The notes under the pieces: model-generated | Database searches by the model: none | Told to the model about the DNA's origin: nothing | The model's input: the letters and a program-made list of their open reading frames with translations, nothing else | Part shown: piece after piece, positions 1 to 13,015 of the stretch | Numbering within the stretch: the stretch's first letter is position 1 | Layout: every line of letters starts with the position of its first letter | Origin: Octopus sinensis | Taxonomy: Eukaryota | Assembly: GCF_006345805.1 (NCBI RefSeq) | Contig: NC_043000.1 | Location: 112,220,001 to 112,284,000 of the forward strand | DNA length: 64,000 nucleotides | Direction: 5' to 3' | Made by a program: the position numbers and the translations under genes

Positions 1-566
1 CGTGTGTGTGTGTGAACAAAGTTCTCCAGTAAATAAAGTCCCATAGTCTATTGGTTTCACAGGAAGACCAGTAGAATAAAGACACCTCATTTGCAAAACA
101 AATTAGCTGACAAATAATCAGTCTAAACGTTAATTATGTCAAGCCTTAGAACAGTCAGGAGTATTAGCCATCCTCTTTGACTCCAATAACAGTAGAGGAG
201 CAGAGATCACCAGTCTAAAACTGCAAGCTTTGTGTATAAGTGACCAGTGTTTCATTAGATTCCAGCGCTGTGGTCAAACCTCACTCCTGGAATTTGATTA
301 CAACTGGGTGTGGATAAAAGAGTGTGAGGTAACCAACCTTCCTTAAATCACAACTTAAAGATGCAGTTTTCAGTAACATCCCAACACATGAATAGATTAT
401 TGTACAGAACTCACTAACAAATATCTCACACTCCCTGCCTGTCAGTTGCTTTCAAGTATTATAGTACAGGACCCATTAATGTGTGTGTGTGTGTGTGTGT
501 CTCCTCTTTCTATTTAATGTAACAACACACCGATGTGTCATCATCTCACTCTCTGTTTTCTTATAG

Positions 567-685
567 TATGGTGTAATGGAGGTATTGAACCATAAAACCA
601 AACATAAAGGTGTGCTCACATTTAAACAAAGTGGCTGGTTTGGCAGAGACTTACACAAAGTAGAAGGATACATCTACAATGCAAG
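567..685 (+). CDS. OSBPL1A: Oxysterol-binding protein-related protein (ORP1/ORP2 type), internal coding exon
   Basis: ttttcttatag acceptor and AG|gtatat donor. Encodes YGVMEVLNHKTKHKGVLTFKQSGWFGRDLHKVEGYIYNA, matching the ORD-domain pattern YG.VEI.NHKT..K.VL.FK..G.FG.ELHKVEGYI. Phase 0 to 2. ORP1 versus ORP2 cannot be resolved from this region. Confidence 0.92.
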
Positions 686-866
686 GTATATCCACATTCT
701 TTATCCTTTCATTTTTCTATGTAGCCTGTATTTTTCTCTCTCTCTCTCTCATATGTATGTATATATAATTTTTTATTATTTATTATTTTTTCTTTTTAAT
801 TTTCCATACACCCATTTTTATTAAAATTTACTTTCAATTTAGCATTCTGCCTTATAATTTTTCCTC

Positions 867-904
<38 letters not shown>

Positions 905-1497
905 TATATATATAAATAAATGGAGTTTAACGCAGGTGTAAAAATTCCACATAAACACAAAGTTTCTACCTTTATAAACAAGGAGTTACAACCTCTTTAC
1001 TTGTGTGACTTTTTGCTACCCTGGTAACTATTTATTTTCTCCGTGTTAATTGTTAACAAGGCAAAAATACACTCATCTATCTATATATATATGATAATAT
1101 TGATCACTGAGAATGAGTGCTCAACTGCTCAGTACCACATTAGTGGTTAAATACTCATTAAGAAACCATTTTCCCTGAGTGCTAAACTAATACACCCTGT
1201 TTGTTGTCCTTTCACTCTGGTCTCTGTGGGGGTGGGGTTGTATTTTTGGACCATATGTGTGTGTGTGTGTGTGTGTGATTAAGCAGTAAAACAAGAAAGT
1301 CAGGAAAGCAAGAGTTGATAATAGTTCTTCATTGACAGATATGTCCTGAAGAAACATCTACGGGGATTTATGATGAATTCTCACTTTCCTGATTTTCCTG
1401 TTTTTCTGCATAATTATATTTATAATTACCTCTGTATAACAATTTTAAATGCTTTACTGCCATTCACAACTGACTACTCATCTTGTATTTTACTGTG

Positions 1498-1536
<39 letters not shown>

Positions 1537-1810
1537 GATAAAAACGGTAAGACAACAAAAGAAAGAAAAAGACCTCGATATTATGTAAATAGAGGAATTT
1601 ATCTGTAAATGTAATATGTGACAATTATTCGGTAACCATGATAAAACTCCGAGTTTCGGATGCCGAGGTGGAAATCCACATTGCCATCTGTTCAGTTATC
1701 CGGCCATCGGAAAAATCCGATGGCCGGATAACTGAAGAGATGGTGGCGTGGATTTCCACCTCGGAGTTTTATCAAGGCTACTGAGTAATTGTCACATATT
1801 ACATTTACAG

Positions 1811-1812
<2 letters not shown>
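1537..1812. mobile_element. Fold-back (palindromic) Penelope-type repeat with hammerhead-like motif, inserted in (TA)n
   Basis: Arms 1601-1700 and 1727-1812 are reverse complements around a GC-rich hairpin centred near 1713. The CTGAAGA...CGAAACTCGGAGTT motif is split between the arms. A second family member is at 39487-39740. Confidence 0.7.
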
Positions 1813-1841
<29 letters not shown>

Positions 1842-2180
1842 GCTTTATATGGGTAAGAAGCATGGAAACTGAGTATGGCTGACATCAAACAACAACTGAG
1901 AGTGTCTAAGATAACATGCTGCAGATGATTTGGACATCTCATAGATCGAATGATTCAGATGGCGGCGGTATGGACACAGACCAAAATCTAGTGATGATGG
2001 TCAGATGGCAAAATCTTTACTAATGCAGCATCGTTATTAGGACCCAGAATCTCTCTGCTTATGTCCTCAAGTGCTGTTTATGTCTTCAAGAGGTTGATTA
2101 GTTCTTTGTAAGTCGAATCCTTCTGCTATCAACCTGCACAACGGGTCCTTGGTATATGAAACAAACATCCTGTTTTGAAA

Positions 2181-2830
2181 TGATCTAAATAAGAACTTTC
2201 CATCAAAATTCCATGTTGACAGAAATTCCAAACACCAGCGCAGTAATGGCAAATTCTTCATTATTTACAAAACGGCAGTATATTTCAACAGAAATATGGT
2301 GGTATGGGGATTAATAACAACAAAATTATTTTACTAAATTCTTTGTTATTTACAAAAATTAATTGAAGCAAAGCAACAAACTGCAAAAGAAATTTGGTAA
2401 TTAAATGATCGACATGAAGGGCAGTGCTCCAGCATGGCCACCAACCTCTGACTGAAACCATTAAAAGAATAAAAGAATGTTTTTCCAGTTTCTATAACAA
2501 TGTCTTTTGTTTTATTAAAATGATCTAAATTAGAACTTTCCATCAGAATTCCATGTTGACAGAAATTCCAAACACCAGCTCAGTAATGGCAAATTCTTCA
2601 TTATTTACAAAAAATTAATTTTAACAGAGGCAGTATATTTCAACAGAAATATGGTGGTATGGGGAAAATTACTTTAATAAATTCTTTGTTATTTACAAAA
2701 ATTAATTGAAGCAAAAGCAATAAATTGCAAAAGAAATTTAGTAATTAAATGATTGACATGAAGGGCAGTACTCCAGCATGGCCCCAAAGAATGTTTTTTC
2801 TGGTTTCTATAACAACGATTTTTGTTTTAT
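2181..2830 (+). repeat. About 340-bp tandem duplication of MITE/SINE-derived sequence
   Basis: TGATCTAAAT.AGAACTTTCCATCA.AATTCCATGTTGACAGAAATTCC starts at 2181 and 2521. The second copy runs into the acceptor of exon 2838. Confidence 0.85.
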
Positions 2831-2837
2831 TTTTCAG

Positions 2838-2970
2838 TAAAACCAAAGTGAAAGCTCTCCTTGGTAGCTGGGTGCAAGCTTTGTATGCCGTTGATGTAAG
2901 CACTTACGAACAATTTTTGAAAACTCAAAAATTTGACTCCTCAGCTGACAACCCTACAGTTTTGTCTAGG
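2838..2970 (+). CDS. OSBPL1A: ORP1/2 coding exon
   Basis: tttttcag acceptor and AGG|gtaagg donor. Encodes (S)KTKVKALLGSWVQALYAVDVSTYEQFLKTQKFDSSADNPTVLSR, equivalent to ORP1 ALYGKWTECLYSVD. Phase 2 to 0, joining both neighbouring exons in frame. Confidence 0.9.
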
Positions 2971-5749
2971 GTAAGGGTTTTGCATTGGAAGTGTTGTAGT
3001 ATTTTCACCATTCTCTTCTACTTCCCACCCAGAATGCACACAAACCTTCAGTGAACCTCTCTGTGTTGTTTCCGTTTTCCAGCTGATTGTTAACAGTCGA
3101 CTGGTCAACCCTGACTGGACATTCACCTCTCTTTAGCATTCAACTCATTGATGTCTTTCCAGTCAGTGAGGAGAAATCAAAGTCACTTTCTCACCATTTT
3201 TTTGGTGGGGGGGTCCCCCCTTCTACACCTCACCTCTCTTTTACTTGATTATCTTTATCATCAATATCACCATCAGCATTATTGCTATCACCAAACTCCT
3301 ATTTCTCATCATCATCATCATCATCACCATCATTATCATCATCCTTCTCTCTGTGCTGACAAACGAATCTTTTGCTTTCATCTTATTCTGTCCTCTTATT
3401 TGAAAGACCCTAACCCCTTCTTTATTCTTTTAAAAACCCTTCTAATCCCTTCATACTGACCCCTTTTTCGCCTGTCACATAATCTGCGCTCTGTCATCTT
3501 TCATCCAACATACGTCATCTGTTCAAATTACAAGGCTTTTATGAGCCAATGAAAAATTCTCCACATGGTCATTTGATCAACTTAAAATAACAGCCAAAAC
3601 TACCTCAGATCATTTCCCACTGTCTTAAGAAAAGATAAAGATGATGGGGTGGTGGTGAAATAGATGGTCATGTTTGAAGTGTCTGGTCTACTTAATGAGG
3701 GTTGACCTTGGGCTAAACAACATCAACATCTGATAAACAGACTTATCTGAACCAATGAGAAAATTCTCTGTGGACACCTGACATGTTAGAAATAGCAGCC
3801 AAATCTCCCTCAGCCCACCCCCTCACTGTCTTAAAGAAAGGCAGGACACATTAGCTGATGTAGTATCTGATTAAAAAGATGAAATGATTTCCATTGGTCT
3901 TCAGTCACAGTCTTTGTTGAGTCAATGCTGATCTGGAGCCGACCTTCATTGCATTGATTAAATTTTTGCTGGGGATGTAATGTTTTAGTTATAAGCAAAT
4001 TAGTCCTTACAACCGCTTGCTAATGGCTTGTAAAAACTGTGTCTACTATGAGCTGGTGCCATGTAAAAAGCAGCCAGTGGTTGGTGTTAAGAAAGGCATC
4101 CAGCCATAGAACCCATGCCAAAGCAGATGCCTAGAGCATGGTGCAGCCCCTCTCCTGCCCGCTCTTTTCAAACCATGCCAGCATGGAAAACGGACGTTAA
4201 ATAATGATGATGATGTCATGAACTGTGGAGAATTGTGGATAATATTCCTCTATAAAAAGTGAGTTGATTTGGTTCCTGTGTCTCAAGTAGGCAAACATGG
4301 AACTGAATGTACTTGGTTCCGGTGCAGTGTCAGTTCAACAACATCACTTGTGTCAAACTCCTTTTATTGTTCTCACCACATTGTCAGAAGGATCGGTCAC
4401 CTTGCATCAGTCAATGCATCTTCTTAGGACATCATCTTAATTAAAATGTTGTTTCTGTTAAGTGCCATGTTTAATGAAGAAAAAAAAAAAAAAGGTTTAA
4501 AATAGATAAAAATAATTAAATTTTGTTTCTTTGCCTCACTCACACTTAATCTCATTCATTTACACTCAACTTCACACACTCATGCTCAATCTCTCACATT
4601 CCTTCTCAGCTTCTGCTCCTCCCACCTCAATCTCACACACACACACCTCAGCTTCACTCACACCTGCTCAACCTGACACACTCTTGCTTAGCCTCATGCC
4701 CTCCTGCTCAACCTCTCTCCACTTCTTCCCCCACTCAACCTCACACCCTTCTGCTCAATCTTACACTCTCCTGCTCAACCTGACACACTTCTGCTCAATT
4801 ACATGCTTCTGCTCAACCCCACAAAATCCTGCTCAATTACATGCTTCTGCTCAACCCTGCCAAATCCTGCTCAACCCCACAAAATCCTGTTTGACCCCAC
4901 CAAATTCTGTTCAACCTCTCACACTCTTGCTCAGCCTCACACATAAGAAGAACAAGGGGAAGGGGGAATGAAATGAATTATTAAAAATGAGCCATTATTA
5001 TTCTTCATTGATTTTCTTTGGCCTTGCTTTTGTTAACAGCTTCACTGTTCATAAGTGTGTGTTGTAAAACCTTTTAATAACTCATTACAGATACCAAAAT
5101 TTGCAGAACTATCTAACCCCAAATTCACACAAAAAATAGTATATGTTTTGTTTTATTTGATCTAATTTTATATTTGTGGCCTTCGTTGACCATATTGGTA
5201 GTTCCTCAATAACCTTTTTACTTCGCCTGCCTACTTGCTGCTATCCACAGTCTGCTTGTCTGACAACAAGCTTCACTCCCATTTTGTAGTTGTGTGTTTA
5301 GTGGCAAACAGTATGTTAATTTATGAAATAAAAAAAGCAAAAAAACCCACTTTTTCCCCCATAATTCATTGGCTGCAGAGCTGTGTCACTTCCTGAAGTC
5401 TCTTCTGTCACTAACTCTTGGAAATGAGAAATTTTAGTTTTGGTGTGGTGGGGGGAGGTTGTGTGTGTACATACACGCACCTATATATACACACGTTAAT
5501 TCATACTTGTTCATATACGCATCTACTAAAAAAAGACTGGTGACACACTGCCCCATCCCTTCAATGATGGGAGGTCAAATGTTACATAGGTGATGATGAT
5601 GATGATTAGTGTTGGTGTTGACGATAATGATAACAGTGATGATGATCAGGAGAAGGAGGAGGATGAAGAAATGTTATTTTATTAAAATTAAATCTGTTTG
5701 TAAACTACCTGTTGCAGTCGGGACACTTTTGTCACAACAAATGCTGCAT

Positions 5750-6290
5750 GTTTGTGTGTGTCACAACAGATGTTACACGTCTGTATCACAGTAGCTGTTA
5801 CATCACATATGTGTCATGACAGCTGTTGCATCACCTCTGTGTCACAACAGATGTTACATGTCTGTATCACAGTAGCTGTTACATCACATCTGTCGTGACA
5901 GCTGTTGCATCACCTCTGTGTCACAACAGATGTTACATGTCTGTATTACAGTAGCTGTTACATCACATCTGTGTCATGACAGCTGTTGCATCACCTCTGT
6001 GTCACAACAGATGTTACATGTCTGTATCACAGTAGCTGTTACATCACATCTGTCGTGACAGCTGTTGCATCACTTCTGTGTCACAACAGATGTTACATGT
6101 CTGTATCACAGTAGCTGTTACAGCTGTGTCATGATAGCTGCTGTTGCATCATGTCAGTGTCACAACAGTTACTAACATGTCAATGTCACAACAGATGTTA
6201 CATGTCTTTGTTACAACTGCTGATACATGCCTGTGTGTCACAGTATCAGCTCTGTGTGTTACAACATCTGCTGCATGTCCTCTGTGTGTG
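5750..6290. repeat. Minisatellite of alternating 81/79-bp units
   Basis: TCACAACAGATGTTAC recurs at 5761, 5842, 5921, 6002 and 6081, then degenerates toward exon 6358. Confidence 0.9.
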
Positions 6291-6357
6291 TGTGATCACA
6301 ACCACCTGTCTAATTGCATCTACTTTCTATGGCTTTTTTCTTCTTGTCTTCTCTCAG

Positions 6358-6519
6358 AATGGCATCAGCGGTGAGGATACTGGCGTCAGTGGTGGGGCTG
6401 CGGCTGCTGCTAATAGCGACACAGACGACATTCCTGGTGTTCTTCCAAATGCTGATCCTGGTATACCAGGACAAGTTCTTCTCTGGAAAGCGTTTCCAAG
6501 ACCAGAAACCACAAATCAG
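6358..6519 (+). CDS. OSBPL1A: ORP1/2 coding exon
   Basis: ctctcag acceptor and CAG|gtatga donor; 162 nt. Encodes NGISGEDTG...IPGQVLLWKAFPRPETTNQ, like ORP1 IPGSVLLWRIAPRP. Phase 0 to 0. Confidence 0.9.
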
Positions 6520-6779
6520 GTATGAAAAAAAAGCAAGGAAGTATTTTTTCCAACATCCTGATTCTGTCCAGTTAATTTTTTTTTTTATTTTACAAGTTTA
6601 TCTCATTTAAGGACTCTTATAAAAATTTCTTTTAATCCTTACATAACTAGGTTTCTTATGAAATACACTCTGTATTTCAATTAGCCAAACATTTTGGAAG
6701 AGTTTACTAAAATAACTAACATTTTTCATTGGTTTATACAGTTCTATATTTGAGAGATGAGGAATTATTAACATTATTT

Positions 6780-7125
6780 ACATTTGACGGATATTTGTCC
6801 TCATCTTGTTTGTTGTTAACACTACATTTCGACTGATATACCCTCCAGCATTCATCAGATGTCTTGGGGAAAGCCCACGGGCATATGGTGTAGTGGTTAA
6901 GAGCACGGGCTACTAACCCCAAGATTCCGAGTTCGATTCCAGGCAATGACCTGAATAATAATGATAATAATAATAATAACATCTGAAAATACCTTAGGAA
7001 TGAGAACCCAAGTTCGAAATTACCCCAAGATACCTGATGAAGACTGCAGGGTGTATCAGCCGAAATGTTGTGTTAGCAACAAACAAGATGAGAATAAATA
7101 TCCATAAAATGTAAATGATGTAAAT
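6780..7125 (+). mobile_element. tRNA-headed SINE (family C) with hammerhead-like tail; an inverted copy of the tail precedes the head
   Basis: Head GGGCATATGGTGTAGTGGTTAAG...GAGTTCGATTCC (A/B boxes), (AAT)n, then CCTGATGAAG.CTG...CAGCCGAAA. 6780-6870 is the reverse complement of the tail. Confidence 0.8.
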
Positions 7126-7309
7126 AATTTTTCATTGGCCCCTTATGTTCTGGCTTCAAATGCCACTGAGGTCAATTTTGCCTTTCATCCTTTTAGGGTT
7201 GATAAAATGAGTTCAAATTGAGTCCTGGGTTTGATGTAATCAACGTATGCCCTTCCCTTAAAATTCTTGTTTTTGTACCACAATTTGAAACCATTATTAT
7301 ACTGATGTT

Positions 7310-7769
7310 TTAACCCTTCTGTTACCATATTTCTTTTGAGATGCTCTTTGTTTCTTTCAATTTTAAATCTAACAAAGAATTTAGTAAAATAACTTATCAT
7401 TAACCCTTTCGTTACCAACCCAGCTGAACCCACCTCTGGCTCTGAGTACAAATGTCTTGTTTTCATAAGTTTTGAATTAAAATCTTAGTCTCAATTTATG
7501 TTCCCAACACTAGCTTAATTATAACTAAATTATTTTACTAAATTCTTTGTTATATTTAAAGTAATTGAAAGAAACACAGAGTATCTCAACAGAAATAGGG
7601 TAACAAAAAGGTTAAAATATATAATAGAGAAACAATTCTTAAGCTAGTGTTAGGAACATAAATTGTGACTAAGATTTGGTGGAAGATTTTAATTCAGAAC
7701 TTTTGAAAACAAGACATTTGTACTCAGAGCCTGGGGTGGTTTCAGTTGGGTTGGTATCAAAAGGGTTAA
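7310..7769. mobile_element. piggyBac-like non-autonomous elements (TTAA-flanked), two interleaved copies
   Basis: TTAA-CCCTT starts at 7310 and 7399; AAGG(G)-TTAA ends near 7615 and 7769. Internal segments are mutually inverted. Related pieces occur at 52600-52720 and 63750-63860. Confidence 0.65.
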
Positions 7770-8444
7770 AGAGAAAGTACTGGGTTTGAACAGGAGATTA
7801 TGAGGGAAAATTTTTAATGGAAACAATTCAGAATTTGAGGCTTTTATCATTGAAATCAAAAGTAGTGCGTGTGTCATAATATCTGCTACATGTGTGTGTG
7901 TATGTTTGACCTTAGTTACATGTTATTAATATGTTAGTTGAATTCAATGAAATGTTTACTCATATCCATTGTGTTAAGATTGTGTGTCTGGCAGTGTCTG
8001 ATGTTGCAGTCATTTAATATTTCTTGCAAGTGGAAGCAGTGAGCCAGCAGAATCGTCACCATGCCAGGCTAAATGCTGAGCGGCATTTCGGCCATTTTTA
8101 CATTCTGAGTTCAAATTCCAACAAGGTCGACTTTGACTTTCATCCTTTCAGAGTCGATAAAATCAGTACCAGTTGTTCCCTGGGGCCAATGTAATTGACC
8201 GTTTCTCCCGAAATTGCTGGCCTTGTGCCAGAATTGAAAACCAAATTTGTTGTGAGTGATTGAAGAACAGTTTGATAGTCAAGGATAAGAATTATATGCT
8301 ACTGTTCAATGTTTGGTCTTCTAAGATGGAATCACTTTCTCCAAGAGAGAGAGAGAGAGAGAAAATGGTGGTGTCCTGTTTTGCCGTTTCAATGGTCAGT
8401 ATAGTGTGGTCACTTCATATTGTGGTCTTCCCTTTGTGTTTCAG

Positions 8445-8568
8445 TTCTTCAGTTTCACACTGTATACCATGATGCTGAATGAATTGACGGATAACCTCAA
8501 AGACAGGTTACCACCAACAGACTCCCGTCTGCGGCCTGACATTCGTCTATTGGAACAAGGAGACATCG
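8445..8568 (+). CDS. OSBPL1A: ORP1/2 coding exon
   Basis: gtttcag acceptor and G|gtaagt donor. Encodes FFSFTLYTMMLNELTDNLKDRLPPTDSRLRPDIRLLEQGDI, with the OSBP signature LPPTDSRLRPD. Phase 0 to 1. Confidence 0.96.
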
Positions 8569-10904
8569 GTAAGTTAGCTCTGCTTCTTTCCAATCTGCAT
8601 GTTTCTTCAATTGCTTATACGCAAATCCCCACCTGAGGATGGAGGTGGAGTATACATCTTATGTCAATTTAGGATTTATCAGCAAGGTACATTAATTACT
8701 TATGTAGGGGTACACAGATTATGTCAAAAAGGTACCACCTTCTCATATTCAGTTGCATCAAAAAGGTACCTCCTTCTCGCATTCAGTTTACATTTTATTG
8801 TTTATCTTTTGACAAAAAAAACCCTGTAACTTAAATACATGAGGTCCTCTTCGTTTGTTTCAGGTGGACCTTCATATACCATTGCCTTCTTGCTTTATAC
8901 ATAAATCCGAGACAGTCTCAATAAGATCAGTTAACCGCCCACTCCTCGTCCCCTAAAAAGCAGCCTTGATCTGCCATTGAAAGAGCATCTGAAAGTCTTT
9001 GGAACCCTATTCCTTCCTTTGTAAGAATCATCATCATACGTCCATGTTCCATTGTAGCCTGGGTCAGATAATTTGACAGGGTCCAATGGGTTCAAGGACT
9101 GCCTCATACACCACTGTCTACTCTGGCAGGGTTTCTACGGCCGGTTGCCCTTGTTGATGCCAGATAAGAATGAATAACGGTTCCATGGAGCCAGTTCTTA
9201 ACTCAGTAGTATTAAACAGATGAAAGAGAAATAATTCATCAAGTCTCTCACCTCTTCCTTGTAGCTAAGTAAACTGAAATAAGTAGATTGAAATGTCTTT
9301 CTAATACACTTTGAGACAGTAAATCTGAATTGCTATTTATTCACTTCTCTTAATTCATTCATCCATGCCATGCCTCAGCTCCATCCCACAGCTTCAAGAT
9401 GCAACACTTTCCTCAACACACAAGCTGTTCCAAGTATTGCTTCCTAAGAAGTTTGGTATTTGCAGCTTTTGATGCCAGAACTTTGCTTTCTTGCAGATGG
9501 TTTCAAATGCACCAATCACAAGAGGTACCACACTTACTTTTGAGGCTGTGTGGTTTTATTTCACATAAATACTAGCTCTTTTGCACTTCCCGACTTTATT
9601 GTCTGCTGTTTTCACATTCTGATCTACAGGCAGAGCTACATCAGCGAAGATCAGTTCTTTGGACTCCTTCCAAAGGAGAGTGACATCTTGTTGGTCGGTC
9701 ATTGTGTATCATCATCATCGTCGTTTAACGTCCGTTTTCCGTGCTATCATGGGTTGGACGGTTCGACCGGGGTCTGGGAAGCAAGAAGGCTGCACCAGGC
9801 TCCAGTTTGATCTGGCAGTGTTTCTACAGCTGGATGCCCTTCCTAACGCCAACCACTCCGTGAGTGTAGTGGGTGCTTTTTACGTGCCACCGGCACAGGT
9901 GCCACGCAAGGCTGGCAATGGCCATGATCGGTTGGTGCTTTTTATGTGCCACCAGCATGTATATTCATGACAAGGTGCTGAGCTGGCAGAATCGTTAGCA
10001 CACCAGGCAAAATGCTTAGTGGCATTTCATTTGTCTTCATGTTCTGAGTTCAAACTCTGTTGAGGTCACTTTGCATTTTATCCCTTTGGGGGTTGGTAAA
10101 AGAAGAACCAGTTGAACACTGGGACCAATGTAATTGATTTACCCATGATCCAAAATTTTAAATCATCATCATCATCATTATATGCATTTAAGGCTGCAAA
10201 CCATCAGAAGCATCAGCGTGTTTGACAAAAAGCTTAGCAGCATTTCTACTGAATGGTTACATTTTGAGTTCAGATTCCAGTGAGATCAGCTTTACCTTTC
10301 ATTCTTTCTGGGCTAATTGAATAAGTATTAACTGAGCACTGGAGGTTGATGTAATCAACAAGCCCCCTCCCCTCAAAATTTCAGACCTTTAGCTTTAGTG
10401 GAATGAATTAAGGTCTCAGAGAGGTGACCGACAGACCAGTTAATAACTTTCTTGGATGTAAGGGCTCAGAGGGTTGACTGACAGACCAGTTAATTCTTCA
10501 CTGCATTTTGCCAAGGATGAGAGTGTGACAGCAAGTATTTCAAAGCTTCTGTTTTGTCTGCCATGACAGTTCTGAGCCTCCAGAAATTTCATCAAAATAT
10601 AAGGAAGTTTAAACACATGAGACCCCTTAGAATATTCTAAGGAGAATAATCACTTCTCGATCGGTCATGGATGTGAGTAGTTTGAATTTTAAATCAAAGA
10701 ACTATGAAGAAAATGCACAAAATACACATTTTTAGTAATACATTTTCCTCACTCATCATGAAGATCTTGAAATTTCTAGTCAGAGGTAATCATGTATGGG
10801 GCTATTCCATCCTTATTTGTTCCATTAATAAACAAGTATAAGATAACTCTGCTATTTGGTTTGTAGATCTTTGCAGAAAGCTCTGGGAGGGCATTATACT
10901 CTAC

Positions 10905-11165
10905 AACATGCCCACGGGCATATGGCATAGTGGTTAAGAGTGCAGGCTACTAACCCCAAGATTCTGAGTTCGATTCCAGGCAGTGGTCTGAATAACAATA
11001 ATAATAACAACAACAACAACATTGAAAAATACCTTAGGAATGAGAACCCAGGTTCAAAATTTCCCCAAGATAACTGAGGATGGCTGGCGAGTATATCAGC
11101 CAAAACATTGTGTTAGCAAACAAGATGAGGACAAATGTCTGTCAATTGTAAATAATGTCTCAATC
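10905..11165 (-). mobile_element. SINE family C copy; element reads on + (head 10912-10985, tail to about 11165)
   Basis: Same head, (AAT/AAC)n and CTGAGGATGGCTG...CAGCCAAAAC tail as 6874-7125. The head sequence lies on the + strand. Confidence 0.5.
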
Positions 11166-11379
11166 CTTGTTTAATAATGTCTTTCATTTTACTGTGGTAA
11201 CACAGCTTTGAGTTACAAATCACTGAAGATGTTCTTTCAGTGACTTTTATATGCTGTAAAATAACATAAGCTTTAAAGGTTTCTCCTTGATCAACCATTA
11301 CGATCTTCAAGTGCTGCCTTTTGAACCTAGTTCTTCAGAGAGAGGAGCTGCACATGATGTAACACTTTCATTTATAAAT

Positions 11380-11765
11380 GGTGCAGGTGTGGCTGTGTGG
11401 TAAGAAGCTTGCTTCCCAACTACATGGTTCTCGGTTCAGTCCCATTCTGTGGCACCTTGGGCAAGTGTCTTCTGCTATAGCCTCAGGCTGACCAAACCTT
11501 TTGAGTGGATTTGATGGATGGAAACTGAAAGAAGCCCATTATGTATATACATGTGTGTGTCTGTGTTTGTCCCCACTGCTTAAAAACTGTTGTTGGTGTG
11601 TTTATCTCCCTGTAACTTAGTGGTTTGGCAGAAGAGATTGATAGAATAAGTGTCAAGCTTTAAGAACAAGAATACTGGGGTTGATTCATTCGACTAAACG
11701 CTCTTCAAGGCCCTGCCCCAGCATGGCCACGGTCTAATGTCTGAAACAAGTAACAGATAAGAAAG
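11380..11765 (+). mobile_element. tRNA-headed SINE family A
   Basis: GG.GCAGG.GTGGCTGTGTGGTAAG...GGTTCAGTCCC head, internal (TG)n, GTCAAATGACTGAAACAAGTAAAAG tail. Confidence 0.85.
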
Positions 11766-13015
11766 AGAGAGAGAGGCATATTTGATGATGTTTCAGCCCT
11801 GTTCTTTGTCAAGGATTGGCCCTTTCTTCTGTGTTTAGCCTTGTTTTGCTTTCCAATTCTCTGTGTGACCTTTTTACAGTGAAGATCTGCCCTTAACCTG
11901 ACCAATTCATGCCTCTGCTTACATCCAGAATTTCAAACTGCTTTTTTCATAGGAAAATTATTCTCTGAATGGCTAAATAAGATTTGATGAAACTCAACTG
12001 ACAACCCATGACTTGGTCGTTAAAATTGACAATACCCTCTCGTTTGGCTTTGTATTTATAAAATATATCATCTGTGATCAAAACAAAATTATTTATTTCT
12101 CTTTTATTGTTTTTTTTTTTTCATTTTTCTGTTTTTTATTTTTTTATTTTTTGTTTCCTCAACTGTCATTTGTATTGTGTTTTTGTGTTTTTTGATCTGT
12201 CTTCCATTTGTTGATTAAACAGGAAGACCACAAGATGTTGGATTTCCTCTGCCAATATTCCAAAGTGTTACAATATGATTCTCGGAAGTCTATATATAGC
12301 TGGTTATAACTCTTTTAATTTGGGAATCCTTAGTTTGTCTTTACATCAAAACAGTGTTTTTTTTTTCCTTTTATTTTCTTCCTTCAATTTTGTTTTCTTC
12401 AATATTTGTTAAGAATTTATATGCAGACAGCTCTCAAAAACCAGATCCTTGTAGGTCTTCACCACTAACAATGCTATTACACTGAGTAACACCTTGCCCA
12501 GGCTTGAGTTCTTCATTTGAGGAGAGAACTTGGACAAATTCTTTGTGTATGAGTTTCTATGTCTTATGTTATTTACATATGTATATGTAGGTGTGTATAT
12601 ATATATATATACATATACACACACATATATATATATGTATACACACACATATACAAGCTCATACATACATATATATATATATATATATACATACATATGC
12701 TTCCTGCTTCAAACTTCATTTGCTTAATGGATGTTGATTAATATGTATGTGTGTATGATGATGATGATGCTATATGTACATACACACACACACACACACA
12801 CACACTGAGTTTTGTTTTTGTTCCATTTGATATGAATTCTTGTATGCGTGATGGTGGTTTCCTAGCATGGCCACAACCAACCGGCTGGAACCAGTAATAC
12901 AATATACATACATATATATATATATATAACATACATGTACCGGTTCCAGACTATATATATATACATCTCTATATATATGATGTTGTTGTCTACTAGCTGA
13001 TTCTGTTTCTTGTAG

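Noticed and set aside
4531-4971. 146-aa ORF
   Set aside because: A degenerate CTGCTCAAC(C) repeat in an intron, with low-complexity translation.
5750-6290. CRISPR-like array
   Set aside because: Units are whole tandem repeats with no unique spacers, the context is a eukaryotic intron, and no cas genes are present.
6874-6955. tRNA genes at A/B-box sequences (also 25189, 34575, 34978, 62383)
   Set aside because: Each continues into a multi-copy SINE body and lacks a complete cloverleaf.
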